Shown piece after piece: positions 34,729 to 36,072 of a stretch of DNA of 36,072 nucleotides. Made by a program: the position numbers and the translations under genes. Origin of the DNA: a virus (taxonomy: Duplodnaviria > Caudoviricetes); the IMG/VR virus record IMGVR_UViG_3300038673_000739, positions 1-36,072 of that record, one strand, 5' to 3'. The notes beneath the pieces are model-generated. The model was not told the origin of the DNA. It saw only the letters and a list, made by a program, of their open reading frames with translations, and ran no database searches. How positions within the stretch are numbered: the stretch's first letter is position 1; each line of letters begins with the position of its first letter.

Positions 34729-34757
34729 TTTACAAAATGATAAAATCTGGCTATATT
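34729..34757 (+). promoter_or_regulatory. Sigma70-type promoter
   Basis: TTTACA-N17-TATATT. Confidence 0.55.
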
Positions 34758-34831
34758 GGATATATTATCAATCGTGACCAGTATCCCCAGCTTTATCACG
34801 ATTGAGCTGGGGATTTTGGTAGAAAACATAT

Positions 34832-35236
34832 ATGAGAAAATATACATATATTAGAACTTGTAAGAAATGTGGTGAGGAATTTAAAACCAATAATCCAGTA
34901 CAACGACTTCATCTAAAGTGCAAAGCTAAGCGACAAAAAAGAGGCAAGGGCTTTAGCCAAAAAAGAATTGAAGTCCTGATTAGAGATAACCAAGTCTGTC
35001 AGCATTGTGGCTTTGATTTTAAAGAGGGTGGTAAATCTGTACAAAAACACACTCACCATATAGATAAAAACCCATTAAATAACGATATTAATAATCTAGT
35101 AATATTGTGTGCTAAGTGTCATCGGCTTGCACATTATCACGATTTAACTTTTAAGTTTAAGAAGAACTTTAGACCAAGGAAGTATAAAGAAACCTATGTT
35201 AAACCAGACAAGTTTCTCTTTAAGAACATAGGTTAA
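34832..35236 (+). CDS. HNH endonuclease
   Basis: RDNQVCQHCG...HHID...NN...NL..LCAKCH. Confidence 0.9.
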   Translation: MRKYTYIRTCKKCGEEFKTNNPVQRLHLKCKAKRQKRGKGFSQKRIEVLIRDNQVCQHCGFDFKEGGKSVQKHTHHIDKNPLNNDINNLVILCAKCHRLAHYHDLTFKFKKNFRPRKYKETYVKPDKFLFKNIG

Positions 35237-35327
35237 AGTAGCAGTTGTTCATCGGTAGCAAACCTTTAGACCGACTGCTAATAAGAAATTTTTAGCAGTC
35301 ATAGTCTTTTACTGCTAAGAAAGGCAA

Positions 35328-35741
35328 GTGAGTAGCGAGCGGTACAACTTTTCAAGCGAGATGAAGATTAAAGCTCACAAAAAAGCGGAATTATTTAACC
35401 CAGAAAAAGCTAAGAACATTCACCATATCGTTCCGAAATCACTAGCTCAAAAATATAATCTCCCACCCGATAAAGTTAGAAGTGAAGACAATGCTATCGC
35501 TCTGGAAACAGACTTCCACAACTTTATTCACGGTGTTAGATTGCCAAAAGCCCAACTAATTGAAATACTTGGTGATGATCTTAGCCCACTTGAAAAACAA
35601 ATTGATGACGACGAAATTGAGTGGAAAGGCTTTGATGAAGACGACTTTAAGTTCTTTGCGATTGCACTACTAGGGATGAGTGAGGAAGATTTTAATAAAC
35701 CTAAAAAAGTTAAAAAAAGAAGAAAGCGACCTGCCCTATGA
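35328..35741 (+). CDS. HNH-like protein
   Basis: IHHIVP...NAIAL...HNFIH. Confidence 0.6.
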   Translation: MSSERYNFSSEMKIKAHKKAELFNPEKAKNIHHIVPKSLAQKYNLPPDKVRSEDNAIALETDFHNFIHGVRLPKAQLIEILGDDLSPLEKQIDDDEIEWKGFDEDDFKFFAIALLGMSEEDFNKPKKVKKRRKRPAL

Positions 35742-36072
35742 CTAAATATAAACGAGTGTTATTTGTGTCAGACATTCATTGTCCGTATCAGGATAAGTCA
35801 GCCCTAAAGGCAATGTATAATTTTATGGATTGGTGGAAACCTCAAGAAGTAATCATCTTGGGGGATTTAGTAGATTTCTATGCTATTTCTAGATTTAGCA
35901 GAGACCCAGAACGAGTGCTAAAACTGCAAACTGAACTAGATCAGGCGGTTGGCGTGCTAGAGGAAATTAGAGAGCACGCTAAAGGAGTTAAAATCACTTT
36001 TCTTCGTGGTAATCACTGCGATCGGTTAAAGAAATACTTGTGGTCAGAGGCACAAGAATTAAGCGGATTACG
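35738..36072 (+). CDS. Calcineurin-like metallophosphoesterase (truncated by the window edge)
   Basis: MTKYKRVLFVSDIH...LGDLVD...RGNH; ATGA overlap with the upstream ORF. Confidence 0.85.
   Translation, partial: MTKYKRVLFVSDIHCPYQDKSALKAMYNFMDWWKPQEVIILGDLVDFYAISRFSRDPERVLKLQTELDQAVGVLEEIREHAKGVKITFLRGNHCDRLKKYLWSEAQELSGL

Noticed and set aside
34707-34733. Ninth late promoter (AAGACAAAT)
   Set aside because: No -10 element at the 15-nt spacing (ATTTAC), and the motif lies within a small ORF
35738-35760. Frameshift at the metallophosphoesterase start
   Set aside because: On recount the ATG at 35738 is in frame; the ORF is missing from the track only because it runs off the window end

Overview
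The window is most of an AT-rich tailed-phage genome with podovirus-like architecture and the standard genetic code. No rRNA, tRNA, CRISPR array, integrase or reverse transcriptase is visible. Bases 1-8350 (minus strand) are the early/replication arm: DUF4373-type replication initiator, CxxCxGxG zinc finger, DUF5659-like protein, PD-(D/E)XK exonuclease, GT2 glycosyltransferase, excisionase-like HTH and many small ORFs. Bases 8500-36072 (plus strand) hold TerS, a repeat-rich non-coding island, a Phd/YefM-like ORF, TerL, a glycosyltransferase/cytidylyltransferase cassette, a sigma region-4-like protein, portal, scaffold, major capsid, HNH-AP2, adaptor, nozzle, two fibre modules, internal virion proteins, lysis genes, two HNH ORFs and a truncated metallophosphoesterase. 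A Patescibacteria (CPR) host is a weak inference only. Most notable observations: (1) a promoter motif ACA(A/T)A(T/C)-N15-TAnnnT occurring 8 times before virion genes, next to a lone sigma region-4-like gene; (2) a fibre-tip protein made of three tandem collar/HxH-needle repeats, possibly a single-chain pseudo-trimer, with an AUA start; (3) an HPD J-domain inside a frameshifted giant internal virion protein; (4) a 19/19/32-bp phased 14-mer array plus a G-quadruplex motif between terS and terL; (5) several leader RNAs with competing hairpins. All family assignments come from motif recognition by eye; no searches were run.
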